Part shown: positions 36,499 through 50,100 of the stretch, one piece after another
Numbering within the stretch: position 1 is the stretch's first letter
Layout: every line of letters begins with the position of its first letter
The notes under the pieces: model-generated
Told to the model about the DNA's origin: nothing
The model's input: only the letters and a program-made list of their open reading frames with translations
The model's database searches: none
Program-made: the position numbers and the translations under genes
Source of the DNA: Azolla caroliniana
Taxonomy: Eukaryota; Plantae; Polypodiophyta
Reading direction: 5' to 3'
Assembly (NCBI GenBank): GCA_043228905.1
Contig: JBHGNT010000004.1
Coordinates: forward strand, 20,026,001-20,090,000
Length of the DNA stretch: 64,000 nucleotides

Positions 36499-36834
36499 GT
36501 GTGTGTGTGTGATGCACACACAAACACATGAGTTGAATACATATTATAACTACTTTTTGACTCCTCCATGCTAGGGAAAAGAAATTGAAATAATTAGCAA
36601 CACATTATAACATTAGATGTAGAAAAAAATTTGCAAATCTATTTGAACAATAATGATCTTCTTTTTCAATTTCTTTTTACTTAGTATTAGTAACATTTAT
36701 TTTGGTTTGTTATTCTCAAAGATGAGACAACACATAAGATATAATCTCTTGTTTGGTTTAGGTACTAATGACTAACTACTATATTGGGTGTTTCCGAAAT
36801 AGTTATCACAATAAAGGTCATGATGCCAAGCATC

Positions 36835-39643
36835 CTAGCTCCACCATGAAACAAGTCCCAACCCATCAGCATTGATTAGCCCCTATATAAAACAAACCAA
36901 CAACACAGTAAAAAATAACCCATTATTAACAATGAATCTGAAACATCATATTATAGCATTTTGACCACTTCAGTGTTATCAAAACACAACTCAGAGAACC
37001 TTGCATTGAACAGAGGTTGTTAGATATCATTCATTCATTCATATATTTCATATACAATTCATGCCTTCTTATTTCCCTAAAAGAATCTCACACGATGCTT
37101 TGATGCTACACCGAATGTGGATATATATATCAATACATGCATTTATAGTGAACCTCACACCATGCAACTACACAAGTATAACTAAGCTTTTGACTGTTAT
37201 ATAGGAATTAAAAACATCATATAACATACATGTATTTCCATTGGAGCAAATGGTTTGGCATTGCTTTCTTGTTCAATAGGTATTGGAGGATACTTTATTT
37301 GCTCCACTCGGAATCGAACCTTGAAATCCACATGGAAAATTTACACATAAGGAAAAGCTGAGAAGATTTCATAACCCTCTCCAAAATCTTTATAATGTAT
37401 CAAATAACTACAAACCTCCTCTTCCAAATCCATGAACATGTCTGTATCTTGGTAGCTCCACACCCATAACTTCTCCTCTTCATCACTGCAGTAAATAAGA
37501 TATTTGGGTGATGAGAGAAAGGCAAGTAGAAGCAGCATTATAAGTATCCATATTCTTATTATGAATGCGTTATATCTTACAATTTTGATGGATGTTGCAA
37601 GAGGTGCTCTGGAACATGTATATCCTCAAAAAACCCTAAAGACACTGTAATATACAACAAAAATAGGAATTCAATATTGAAAAACATGTGGTTCCTGTTC
37701 AGTTCTCATTCTATAAATCTGCACATGATTTGTTATTATTGTTCCTCATTGGATTGGTCATGCTAATAAATCAACATGGAACCAATTTATTCACATCATG
37801 CATCATACTACCTTCTACAAACTACTAAGGCTTTCCATCTTATTTCTTATTTCTTATTTCTAGACATATACCCTTATTCCTTACAAAGGCATACATTTCC
37901 AGATTATACAATAGAATCTTTAGTTTTATCCATATTCTTTGCAAATGAAGATACAAAGACCTTTCAAATTCTTCTATTTCAGGGATGTAACATGTCCTTC
38001 TCTTCGTCTTCATTGTAACACGGTGGCCTATGAGACGAGCATTACAACCATGTGAATACTCCAGAATCCTAATAAAATAAAGGAAATTAAATCATATCTA
38101 AACTAGATAGATCTGTATGTAACTAGGCTGTGATTGAGGTACAATGATGTAGGGACATTGGTACAAAATATGCGGAGGATATAACGTATAAAATAAACAC
38201 ATATCTAGGAGAGGAAGAACATGAGTGGATCAGCCCATGAATGCTCTCATAATATGATCCTGTATGACATCAATGTCCTCTGTTGTCAGCCAATCAGCTG
38301 GGGGGATCATGCTCAATTTTGGGTAATGATAAATCCCACGGGGAATGTTTAAAGACAAATGAGAATCAGCTTTTTATATTGCCAAATAGTACAAGAGGGT
38401 GTGCCACAGGTAGATGACTATGGGTTATCATCCCTCATCCATCCTCAGCTCCACTAGGTTTTGTGAAATTTGAACATTTCTGACATTAAATTTAGATGCT
38501 TTTATATGCCGTTGTAACATTATACATATTCCTCTATGATATACTATACATGGTACTCCAAGATAATTTTGATCTACATTTGTTTTTACTAAATTATTGC
38601 TACATGCAAATGTTCTACACAGTTGATGTTGGAAAAAACTAGGAATAATATCACTAAAGCATCTAAATAAGCGCTCATGGTGTAAATTGTCGATGAATAA
38701 CAATAGCATCTTGAATTGTATTTGGCTTCTATTAAGATTCGATGCACATAACAAAGTAATCACGCCAAACGGATGAAGGTCGCATTTTTCATTACTGCAT
38801 TGAAGCTATATAAATCACTGGTTCTTTTTATTGAGACATTACCATAAAAAATCGGAGATGTTTCCTACATTAACATAAAGTACATTTGACATTGAAACGC
38901 GGTTTAAGGATATTACAGTGTAATCCTGTTTTGTCACATTTCTTCAGCTTGGCAACCAAGATTTCTCCAACAAAAGGTTTGAACATCACCAATCGGAATT
39001 CCACCTGAACCACATGATTACAACATTCATTAAGTTTTCAAATGAACACTATGATCACAACATACATTCAAGACTTCAAATGCTCTCATGGAAAAAGGAT
39101 AAAGAAGTTGTTATTCATTCCTTTTTAATTCAGACAATAATAACTACCTAAGTAAATGCCATTAGCACAGCATATGTTTAGGATGTGAAATGTTCACATG
39201 CAAAAGGGATAAGAAAAAGTTATTTTCCTTTACTGTTAATGAAACTCAGTTACACCAACCTAGCCCTATAGATAATGGGGAAATGGCTTCTCATTAAGTT
39301 GCATGCAGAAATCAATTCATGAAAGTGTAAAAAAGAAACTACCGTATATGTTGGAGCGCCATCTCCTGGGAAAACAAAGCCACCTTCTAGTGATTTGATA
39401 TCATAAAGAGTGACCACAAGCCCTAAATCTTTGATAACCTTGAAGAGAATGTAGATACAATCTTGATATTATGAAACATTAACTTATGCAAAAGGATAGC
39501 TAAAGTACCAAATAATTTAAAGCATCACAGACCTTGTTAAGGAAGAGCTTCTCAATTTGTCGCTTGATTGCATCAATCAAAGGAAGGCTAAGGTCATGTG
39601 GAGGTACACGAATGGTGTCTTGAATTGTTGAAATTTGAAACAT
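36835..39643 (-). CDS. RPC8: DNA-directed RNA polymerase III subunit RPC8/RPC25 (RPB7 family), 7 exons
   Basis: Exons 39643-39533, 39438-39343, 39004-38917, 37644-37581, 37485-37416, 37319-37230, 36882-36835. Translation MFQISTIQDTIRVPP..LFLNKVIKDLGLVVTLYDI..GFVFPGDGA..VEFRLVMFKPFVGEILVAK..LSLGFFEDIHVP..LWVW..VRFRV..DGLGLVSWWS*. Absent from the ORF track because the exons are short. Confidence 0.92.
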
Positions 39644-42600
39644 CCTCCTCCTTCCTTTGCAAGAGGGAGCTCAATACCCCCTAGTAGGCCATACCACTAT
39701 CTATCCTTAAAATATGCCTGAAAATCCAAGATATTTTCAGATAAAGTATAAACTATTATACTAACTTAATTTTGAGAAGGGGAATGATAGATTTCCAAAC
39801 CCATTCATCCCCTATCTCATCATGAGAAGTTTGGGACCAATTCTTATTGATACGTAACTTTTAGGTCATTTGGGCATTGTCCACACATGGCCAATGGCCA
39901 AACGTTATAAAGATAATGTAAATGCCTATAACCCCCCAAATTGGGGCAAAAAATATAGTAAAGATGTGTCTAGAATCCTCTTGAAGGGAGCTTTCACATG
40001 GAAGGGTCAAAATATACAAAAAAAGAGTCCTTGGGACCCTTATCCCCAACACATCTCTCCAACAAATGGTACTAGATCATTGCCTTGACTAACATTGTTG
40101 TTTAATGGGCCATTGAATTCACCATGGAGAAAATATAAAGATTTCGTTGTTTGGGAATTATGCATGATAAGCCCTCATCCAATAATACATTAATGTCTAA
40201 ATTTCTGATTAGAAAACTTGAAAGGGAACAAAAACAGATAAACATACACAAATTTTCTTCTACAGCCTAGAAACCTGTAAATTAGTTATATCCTGTTATT
40301 TCATGCATAAATGGGAAACTCTAAAGATTTAATTATACTCCTGTTATTTCATTAATGAACAGGAAATTCAACTGATTAGTAAATAAATATTTTCTGTGCA
40401 AGTTTAAGTCATCTCACTCTAAGCAAGGCTCATGACGATTAGCATCAAGAGACTAGAATCTTAGAGCTTTTAAGTCATCCAAAATAAAATATTAATAATA
40501 CTTAATATATATCTTCTAAAAATGACATGTAATGTTGGATCCAAACTGAAGGAGGCAGAAAAGGAAGCACTTTCTGTCACTATCAGATGGAAGAAACTCT
40601 CCCGCCATCAAACATTTTGCATAAAGTGATAGAAAGTCACAGGAAACTGCAAAAATATACTGATGCGACTGTCGATCCCCTTTCAAGCTGACATAAAGGT
40701 AATAACAACAAATCCTAAACTCTGATTCACAAATTTAGGAATAGAACCTATGCACTCCAAGCATCCTCAGTATGATAGACATACTTACCCTAAGTCATAT
40801 CTAGTACAAATGACACCTAAGGCCTTGATTCAAACTAAGAAGAACAATGAAGAAGCCTTTTTTCATCACGAATGTGTAGACAAAACATCTACAACCATCA
40901 CACACTTCAGATGAGGTGGTTTGGAGTGAAAGTGGAAAATTTTAGATTAGTACAACTGTCAATCACTTTTCACACAGACATAAACATAATAAGATATATT
41001 AGTTGGCCTGGTTGAGATGGGGGAGATGTCTCTTTTTTCTTGTGAACCTCTATATGCTTTGGGAATCTCTACAGGACACATCTATTGGGGAGCCGTTTTG
41101 TGGTTACAGCATAAACCAAGTGTGCATTTATTCTATGAGAGGTTTCTTCTAACCCAATCTTCATGCCCACCACTGCCAGATACTCTAGAGGCACCATGGA
41201 TATGTTGTCTTCTGATGAGACAGATCATTACCATAGGCATACTATTTTCTGTACAGTTGCTAGCTATTATTACTCCGTTGTGTATTAGGAAGATTCATTG
41301 TTCTCATATTCTAGGCGGTGACATCATCTACCTTGGCAATTCCAGTAAATGTATGGCATGTGGTGATTCACACCACAAGGAGTCAATGGGATGCTTCGGG
41401 CAGATCATCAAGGCCAGCATATGAAAGATGGTAGAGTTTCTTTGCTTCCCCTTAATGGTTTGTTCAACATGGTTTCCATCAGCAATGACTGATAATTGAG
41501 AAATTGTAGTTAGTATCTACTACTTCTGTATGCTGATCAGAATTTTGGGGCACCACAGTTTCGAATAGCTAATGTCAATACAGAGTCCTGCAACAAAAGG
41601 CACATAAAATAGGTTGATGCCAATGTCTATCGATTTCCAGACCTGCATAATGGTAATCAGAATAAGACCTAAGACCGGAATCTCAATGGGGGATTGAAAA
41701 CACCATGTAAATCTAGTTTGTTGAAACTTCAGGCTGCATAGGTTTCATTAAGCTTAACACCTTTCCAGCTTGAATACAGCATCCTCACCAAGTGTTTGAG
41801 TTTCATGGAAAACGCCAAATGATCTATCACAGATGTAACGGCTATCAATCCTTCTACAAAATACATTGAGAAGAAAAAGAAAGCAAAGCCAACAACTTGG
41901 GACACCTCCAAGACAAATATTATTCATGAAGTGGAATGACAAAGGAACAACGGAGAATCAAACTTCATTTGTTTGTAGAATCTATCCAGTGGAATTTTAT
42001 GTTTCAAAAGCAAAAACATGCTTACATATATGTACATTACATACAAATTATGATTCGGGGCCTAAGAGACAAATTATGATTCGACATATGGGTGAATTCA
42101 TCGTTATTCATACTGAAACAAAAGTAAAAGCTTTAGCTTTCCTAAACATTCATGACAATGATCTTAATGCATGAGAGAGAGAGAGAGAGAGAGATGGCAC
42201 ACCTTATATTGTTTGTCTGACGTTTTTAGGTTGGAAAGACAGACAGAGAGCGCTCAGAGGCGTTTGTTTACATATCCAAAGTGTAGCTAGTTAAAGAACA
42301 ATACAGACAGACACACATACACAGAACAGAGTATGTATGTATGTACATATATGTTGTGTCATACATACAGACAGACAGTGTGTGTGTGTGTGTGTGTGTG
42401 TTTGTGTGTTAATTTGTGTCTCAATGCCCATTTGGTTAAACCCCAAAAACAAACACAAATAACTCATAATTTGGTGAATTATTCATCACAAATCCCTTTT
42501 GTATTTTCAAGCTTTCCGCAAAGTCCCCACATCAGCAAGCTCTACGACCCGGAGATGATTGTTATCATCTCATTCGAAACCCTTTTCGAGTTCTATGCAA

Positions 42601-43331
42601 CGGGGAACTCGATGAAGAAAACCAACCCCATATGTTTTTCTCATACTAGAGACACGTGTATGAAGACAATGAGGTATTGGTGTGAACCAATGGTCTCTTC
42701 TGTCATCGGTAACTCTTGGGATGATTTAAATGCACCAAATTCGGTGTTTGTTGATGTACGATACCATATCGGAAGACATTAGAGGTAGTAATGAATTGTC
42801 CAACAACCCCCATATTGTTAATGTCATTGAACAACTTCATAAACGAAAGTATTACTAGTTTTTATCTTCTTCTTTTTCTTTTGTTTGAGGAAATCCTCTT
42901 CCTCAATTTGATTCTTGAGAGGAGGCTTGTAATAAAGGGGCTTTTAACTTAAGTAAATCATTTTTTCCATCAAATACTCTTGATAATGTATGTTTCGTCA
43001 CATTCTTTATTTGTTGGAAGGACACTACGGAAGTATGCTTAAATTGGCACTTGCCTAACCTTAGTAGTGTTCTCAAACATTCTCTAAACAAGCAGAATGG
43101 ATAACAATTCTTTAGTGGGCCTTGGCACGGTTTACATACTAATGGCAACTTCTCATGATCCTAGAGAACCAAGATATTGCAATTTTTTTACTTAGGCTAT
43201 CTAGTCATTGAAACATTTGCAAAATAAGGATATGGTTTATACATTTGCAGTTTTTGGAGATTTGAATGGACAATAATATTGTGGTATTATCAACTTAGAA
43301 AGATCAATGTCACGAGTGATTAATGTCACAA

Positions 43332-43470
43332 TCTTACAAGATGATATTGCATTATAGACTCGACATTATATCATTGTTTAATGTCTTACAAGATGATATT
43401 GCATTATAGAGTCGATATTATATCATTGTTTAATGTCTTACAAGATGATATTGCATTATAGACTCGATAT
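43332..43470. repeat. 52-bp tandem repeat, ~2.7 copies
   Basis: tcttacaagatgatattgcattataga.tcga.attatatcattgtttaatg at 43332, 43384 and 43436. Confidence 0.9.
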
Positions 43471-43840
43471 CAACTCCACAAACCATGTAATGAAGAACTC
43501 TATTTGTCTCCACCATATCTTTCCCATAGAATGACCTTACAACTATAATGTAATCATCATCTCTTTGGCTTCATGGGAACATAATTTCAAAACAAAAGCT
43601 TCTTGCGAAAGTACAAAAGCTTCTTGCAAATCTCGAGCTTTAGTATCACGTGTTAGCTTCTTACAAAATCTTGAGATTTAATATCACACTTGAGCTTGTT
43701 GCAAAGCTAATCGAGTTTGGGTATGAATATTTAATTAAATTTGGATAACATTGACAATTTTATATTTCCAAATTTATGAAGTTTGAACCTAGCATTTGTC
43801 ATCTCAAACCCATAAAAACTCATTTTCATATTTATTTTTC

Positions 43841-45493
43841 TCAAAAGGGGGCTCTATCCAATGATTGTTGTAAAAGTTCAATGACAACATTTGCTCGTTG
43901 CCTACCATACACTCGGATGCATTCATCCATTGCCATCTTAAAGGCCTCATTACTAAGCTCCAAGAGCGCCTCTTCTCTAGACCCAATTGCCCCTAGTAAT
44001 GTGGCAAACGATAATGTGTGAGGCATGCCAGGCACAGTTTCCCTCATGGCCTCAACAAGTTCCATCGCGATTGAGTTCACATACTCGGCTGGAGGATTGA
44101 AATCCTTAGAAAGCCCCTTGGTAAACCACTTCCCTAGGAAGGCAGATGAATACCCACCAAGAATCCATTGTTTTTGAACACTAGTTAGGTTCTCGAACCC
44201 CGTGGTCTTCTTCCGCACTATCTCATAGACATTGGCAAGTTCCTCGCATGCCGGGAAGGATGAACCCGCTCTCATTGAGACCATCTCACGAACTTCCTCA
44301 AATGCCTTATCATATAGATCTATGAACTTTTCACTACATTCTTCCAAGTGTTCTTGTACCGACCTCTCAAGCATACACCTCTCACATTGGCACCAAAGTC
44401 CATAACCTGTATATTGTAGATACTCTTCCCTCTTCTTGAGTGGCAACAGGGTATCAGTATATTCCATGGTGATCTCTTCATTCTCTCTGATGCCCCTTCC
44501 TGCAAAGACAAACATAGCGTCTCCGACAAAGAGACGACTTGCATTCGGAGTACAAGAATGGTTGATGAAAGATGGGAGCAAATACATGGCATTAAGTCGG
44601 ATAGGCGCCTCACTATCTGATGACACCAATCTGCTCTCGAACGAATTGATATGCATAATGTCAAAGATTCGTCTCTCATCGAATGGATCCATATGCATAA
44701 TAGATGCCGGTGATACCGATCGGCTCTCCAAGGAACTTGTATTCATAATATCCGATGAAGAGGATCGACGCCCAAATGAATTCCCGTCCATATTTTTGGC
44801 CGTTTGTCTTTCATCATTGACATTCGAACCGGAACAAGAACCCGGATTCGAATCCAAATTCAAACTCAAACTCAAACCCAAGCTTGAACGAGAATCGAAA
44901 AGCTCTATAGAAGGCACATCTTGACCATTCTGATCTTCTCTATCCGCAAGCAAGTAATATAGAAATAGGTTCCGCGGGGATTTTCGGAGGGACCCACATA
45001 TATTTGCAAAGAGATTTTCACAATGTGAGTCGTCGTGAGAAGATGCAAGAGCATTGGAGATGAGTAAGAGGTGTCCCGGAGTGACATTGGTAGTGGCGAA
45101 GAGGCCTCGGCCTCGGCCATCATGGGTCTTCTTGATTGTGACCGGACCGATGTGGTCATTAATGTGTTTGGGCGCGGTTAGTATGTCACAACGAGAGAGG
45201 AGAAAGTTAGTTATGTCCACATTTGAAGAAGAAGCACAGCACCTGAAGTGGTGGCCACAAGACCCGGATGGACGGCCGAGATGGACCCCGAGATTGCGGA
45301 ATGGACTGCCGAGATGAGACCTGAAACATGGGGATGGACGGCCAAGATGGAGCCCGAGAGATCGGAATGGACGCCCGGGATGGACATGAGAGGTCGTCCA
45401 TAGTCTGGAGATTGGAGAGATGATGAAGCCTTTTGGTAATAATATAATGCTGAGGTCTCCTCTTGATGAGTTATATGGGGATACAGGGTCCAT
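43841..45493 (-). CDS. SET-domain (SMYD-type, ATXR1/SDG35-like) lysine methyltransferase, intronless ORF lacking the TPR region
   Basis: IGPVTIKK..GRGRGLFATTNV, LLPSFINHSCTPNASRLFVGD, IRENEEITMEY, post-SET CQCERC. First ATG is at 45493; an upstream exon spliced to the acceptor near 45525 is possible. Confidence 0.85.
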   Translation of the reverse strand: MDPVSPYNSSRGDLSIILLPKGFIISPISRLWTTSHVHPGRPFRSLGLHLGRPSPCFRSHLGSPFRNLGVHLGRPSGSCGHHFRCCASSSNVDITNFLLSRCDILTAPKHINDHIGPVTIKKTHDGRGRGLFATTNVTPGHLLLISNALASSHDDSHCENLFANICGSLRKSPRNLFLYYLLADREDQNGQDVPSIELFDSRSSLGLSLSLNLDSNPGSCSGSNVNDERQTAKNMDGNSFGRRSSSSDIMNTSSLESRSVSPASIMHMDPFDERRIFDIMHINSFESRLVSSDSEAPIRLNAMYLLPSFINHSCTPNASRLFVGDAMFVFAGRGIRENEEITMEYTDTLLPLKKREEYLQYTGYGLWCQCERCMLERSVQEHLEECSEKFIDLYDKAFEEVREMVSMRAGSSFPACEELANVYEIVRKKTTGFENLTSVQKQWILGGYSSAFLGKWFTKGLSKDFNPPAEYVNSIAMELVEAMRETVPGMPHTLSFATLLGAIGSREEALLELSNEAFKMAMDECIRVYGRQRANVVIELLQQSLDRAPF

Positions 45494-45634
45494 GGCATTC
45501 TCATCTACTGCCCAAGCTTTCTTCCTAGCAAAATACAAAAACACAGAAAATAAGGATTAAAAAAACAGGCAAGCACTCCTTTGAGAAGATTAAACAGGCC
45601 AAATTTTGGTCTTAGAAGACTTAAATATATCTTT

Positions 45635-45636
<2 letters not shown>

Positions 45637-45680
<44 letters not shown>
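45637..45680. repeat. (TATC)n microsatellite
   Basis: Directly visible. Confidence 0.9.
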
Positions 45681-45681
<1 letters not shown>

Positions 45682-46094
45682 AGCCACCACTCACCCTTAC
45701 AACATGGTTGTGCTCATCCCTTGGTCAAGCATCCACACCATTGCTTCCATACAACTTAACCTAGCTCACCATCTCTTCGATACGAGACTTGGGAGGTGCA
45801 AGCAAAGAGACTTGTCCGACTATGCATATTTCTCCACCAACAAGTCTGTGAGTATCACATTTTGATACAATGTTGTGTGTGTCTTTGACCACTTTTGAGT
45901 TTCCACACATTGCCGATCTATGTTGTGTGTGTCTTTGACCTATTGCTCGTTCACATTTTTTTAGAGATAATCCTAAAGGAAACCCCCCATCAATATTCTC
46001 CAAATGAAGATTTTTGCTACAATTGGCAATTTAGAATGGCCACTACATTCCAAAATAAGACATCGTCCATAATCAGACTTACATACCTTCCGTT

Positions 46095-46332
46095 ATTGTT
46101 TAGCCTTAGACAATAGCCATTGAAGAAACTCAATTGAGCAATGATACAAGCGATTAGTAGTCACTTGTAAAAATGGCTTCTTACCCCATAAATATTAATA
46201 ACCCCATTATTTCTTGTTTAGCCTTAGATGATAACCATTGAAGCGGCTCAATTGAGCAATGATACAAGCGATTAGTAGTCACTTGTAAAAATGGCTTCTT
46301 ACCCCATAAATATTAATGAAACCATTATTTCC
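46095..46332. repeat. ~118-bp tandem duplication
   Basis: ttgtttagccttaga..ccattgaag..ctcaattgagcaatgatacaagcgattagtagtcacttgtaaaaatggcttcttaccccataaatattaat occurs twice. Confidence 0.85.
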
Positions 46333-47369
46333 TTTTAGTTTTAGAGGTAAAGAACCTTGATCAATGTTATATTTTTTAGTTGTCAAATAAATCCATAATT
46401 GGGTGGGATGCGTAATAATAGTCATGCTTCAATAACTCCAAAATACTTTGAGATAGAGCCTCAACTATATCTCCTACCTCTTTGATCCCCAAATGGAACA
46501 ATTGATTAAACTAACATTGCAATCTTTCCTTTGCAAGCCAACATTATAATCGAGAAGACACAAATAACTCTTATTGCAAAAATTTACAATGCTCTCTACT
46601 AGATGATGGTGTCCACTCAAATAAGGATAACTCTTCATGCCATGAGGCAACCAAGTTTTGAACACATAAAGAACGATAAATTTTAAGTGGAATACTTTTG
46701 TTCAATAATTGTGCCACCATGATGCCTTAATTGTTGTTTGCCCATGTGTTATACCCTCATTGTCAATGAAATTTTGAACAATAGATATCCATGATTGTGA
46801 GTGTAAACGCATATTCTTGTAATAACGAAAATCAATGTGCCATCATGTGTATAGAAAAGTCTAATATTGTAGTTGTCCTCAAGTGTGGGTTGTTAAATGG
46901 TTGTGGGCAACCCATATAGTTCCCATCTTATCCCTCTTTGTTCACAACAAATATCGAGGAGGTTGCAATACAGAATGCAAAACTTTTTTTGTCCATAATA
47001 GGAATGACAAATGATATAACATCATGGGTTCCATAATACATTGTACAACCTCCAAGTATGTATGAAATGGTCAAGATTGTGACTTCTATTACATAAACTT
47101 ACCACTTAACTTGCTAGTCATCAATTCAATCAATTAGGCATTCGTTATATTTACTCTTAATGTATACCAATAGTATTGAAATACAAATACAAATGCAAAT
47201 TGGTTATATATGAGCATGCTCTTCTTAAGATTTTTGTGTAAAAGAATCATTTATCAAAGTCTATGTTGCCATTTGCCCCCAAGATTTGAACTGAAATCCC
47301 TCTCTACATAGTGAATAGCTTAAACCATTTGACCAAAGCCTACACTACTACATTCTATATATGAAAAAT

Positions 47370-49250
47370 GATTTCGTATGCCCCACTTAACACAATCCTC
47401 CAAACCTCATGCATTCTAAATCTAGAACACAATCCCTTCACATTCCATGTGGTGATCTTGATATGTTATTTTTTCCTTTTATTCGCAAAATCTCCTTCTC
47501 CTTCACTGCTAATGTTTTTGCCATATCCTGAAATAAATCCCCTAAGATTGCATATGAATTACTATGGGAATGTAAAACTCCAAACCCGATGGCTCCTCAT
47601 GTGAACAAGGCACCGATTTTCGTTTATTCCAAGGAACATACAAATTACCTTTATTATCAAACAATAATTTCTTTGGATAGTCCTCTTGATGAGCCCATGG
47701 TTTATTCTGCATGAGATTTGTCAGTGTGACCTTCTCTATAAATACATTATGCCCAACATTCTTATTAGACTTTTGCATCTTTCCAAAAACCATTGACATT
47801 TGTCCTTCATCCTCTAGAGTCTTTCCATCCTTCTCATTCACAATTTGTGGTTCCTTTGTTTGCTCTGAAATTGTCAAAGCTTGAATTTGATCGTGAGTTG
47901 TAGGCTCTTCATGTACCACTTCCACTACATTATTTCTTTTTTGAGGACACTCAACCATAAAATACCCCAACACACCACAATGGAAACGATGTCCTGCAAG
48001 TGTACCCCATTTAAGCCGAGAATACATAGGCGGCATACCAGAGCATGTAATCTGTAAACAACTTGGCCTCTTTATAGCAATATATAAAGAGGCACATCCG
48101 ATATCGATTTTGAGCATTAGCACTAGGAGGCACCAAGATCTTTCCCAACTTTTCCATCGTTGACCGTAATATTGGCCAAACCACTGAATATGTGCACTCT
48201 ACCTCAACCCATATGGGACACTCTTGCTTTAATATATCTTGGTATTCCACTAGTGGAATCCACATAACAAAATGAACAAAGGAAACAGACATTGTAGCAA
48301 GAAGATACATCAAAATTAGTGTTTGTCCTTCTCCAACATCTCCCAACTTTGCGTTTCTGTGTGTGCGTGTGTTAATCTTCTTCCTATCTCTTGTGTTATT
48401 GCTTGATTTCTTACATAGTATTAGAGCAAAATTAGAGACATCAATCAAAACACAAAACATTTTGTTCTTGGATTGATCCGGACGATCTAAGCAAGATGGA
48501 GTTCGAAGAAGAATCCAAAAACCAAGGGTCTCATCCCATGCACGAAACATACCAATAGTACAACTACAAATGTTACTCTCACCAAATACCAAATCAACCT
48601 CAACATATTCCACTAATATCCACATCCACATGGAGACTCATTTTGGCTTGATTTTGATTGTTGACTTATGCTCAAATATAACATCGATGAGACAATGACC
48701 TTTTTCTTTATTTTGGTATTCCCAATCATCTCGTTCACCTTCATCCAAGGAAGGGTACCTGACAACAAGCCCATCAATAAAATATAGATGAAATCCATGG
48801 ACAGCAGGAAAACGATAACGTCCAGCATCACCCAATTCTTCTTGGCTCTTACAATTCAACTACATCATCGGTTTGGTTTTGTCATTGAGGTAAGCTTCCA
48901 TTTTGCTTCAACTTTAATAAAGGGATTACCTTTGCTTAATTCTGGCACATTTTCCTATTTAATTGACATCACCATCACCATCTTCTTCGCTGGAACCCAC
49001 AATATTCTCGTCATACAACTATCAAAGTTTGTCCCAATCGATGGACGAGTGTTTTTCTTAGGAGTAGCTAGAGAAGCAACAATTCCAAATGTACAAAAAA
49101 TTGACATTCTCCCTCATCACATCCCCCTGACATCCGATTGCCCTAGGTGCACAACCCAAAAATGGATTGGTATAGCCTCTCCATCACTTTTAGCCAACAT
49201 ACATGTTCCCATAAACCAATAATAAGAGAGTTGGTGGGAATCATTTCCGA
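47370..49250 (-). mobile_element. Degenerate L1-type LINE 5' part: ORF1 (zinc knuckle) and the start of the ORF2 endonuclease
   Basis: CPIWVEV..LGKILV (plant L1 ORF1-like), FHCGVLGYFMVECP (degenerate CCHC knuckle), then IKITTWNVKGL at ~47430-47460 (EN motif WNVRGL). Frameshifted. Confidence 0.7.
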
Positions 49251-49299
49251 CTTGACTGCTCGCTCTTTGATTCCCGTGTGGATTTATTCTGATTTATTG

Positions 49300-50100
49300 C
49301 AGTCACAATACCAAGTCTTTAATAATGTAGTCAAGAAAAGGATCACATATTGCTTGTCCAAACATTGACCCTACAATTGCCTAATCGATTTACATGATGG
49401 CTCCCATCCACCCTTTAGTCCATATCTGGGTTGTCTGAACTGGAACTTGAGGCGCTTCAAACATATCTTGATGAGAATCTCAAGAAAAGTTTCATTAAGT
49501 CCTCCAAGTCGCAAGTCGGGGCCAGGCCAGGGCCCCAATCTTGTTTGTAAAGAAGATTTAGGACAAGTCATTGCATTTATATGCTAATTATCGGGTTATT
49601 AGCAAAGTCATGTTGTGTAATTGTTACCTATTGCCCCTTATCCTAGAGCTCCTCAACAATCTTCGAACTAGGTGTGCCTTCCCCAAGATTGACCTTTGGG
49701 AACTTATAATATAGTGGACATTAAACATGACAATGAATTTAGAATACAATATGACCATTTCAAATACAATGCAATGCCATTTGGCTTCATCTGAAATGCT
49801 TTGACGATTTTCCAACACATGATGAATGACATATTTCGGGAGTATCTAAATCAATTTGTCGTTATCTAACACGATGACTTTATGGTTTTCTCATTGAACA
49901 TGGAAGCGCATAACCCATAGGTCAAGTTGGTTCTAGCAAAACTTGGTGACCATGGGCTTTATATCAAGAATGAGAGAGATGTGAATTCGGCCGTACCTTG
50001 AATGGCCTGACCCAACACAATTGAAGGATGCACAATCGTTCCTCGACTTTACAAATTTCTACAAGGCTTTTTCAACTCTTGCACAACCCATGATTGTGCT
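49300..50100 (+). mobile_element. Degenerate Ty3/Gypsy reverse transcriptase fragment
   Basis: Across frameshifts: LELEALQTYLDENLKKSFIKSSKS, LFVKK..SLHLYANYR, YLLPLILELLNNLR..FPKIDL, MPFG..FQHMMNDIFREYLNQFVVI*HDD (YLDD). Confidence 0.85.

Noticed and set aside
37300-37330. tRNA T-loop-like GGTTCGATTCC on the minus strand
   Set aside because: It is the acceptor and first codons (VRFRV) of RPC8 exon 6; there is no cloverleaf.
28460-39643. Functional linkage between the tRNA array and the Pol III subunit gene RPC8
   Set aside because: They are ~7 kb apart with an unrelated gene between them; nothing beyond proximity supports it.
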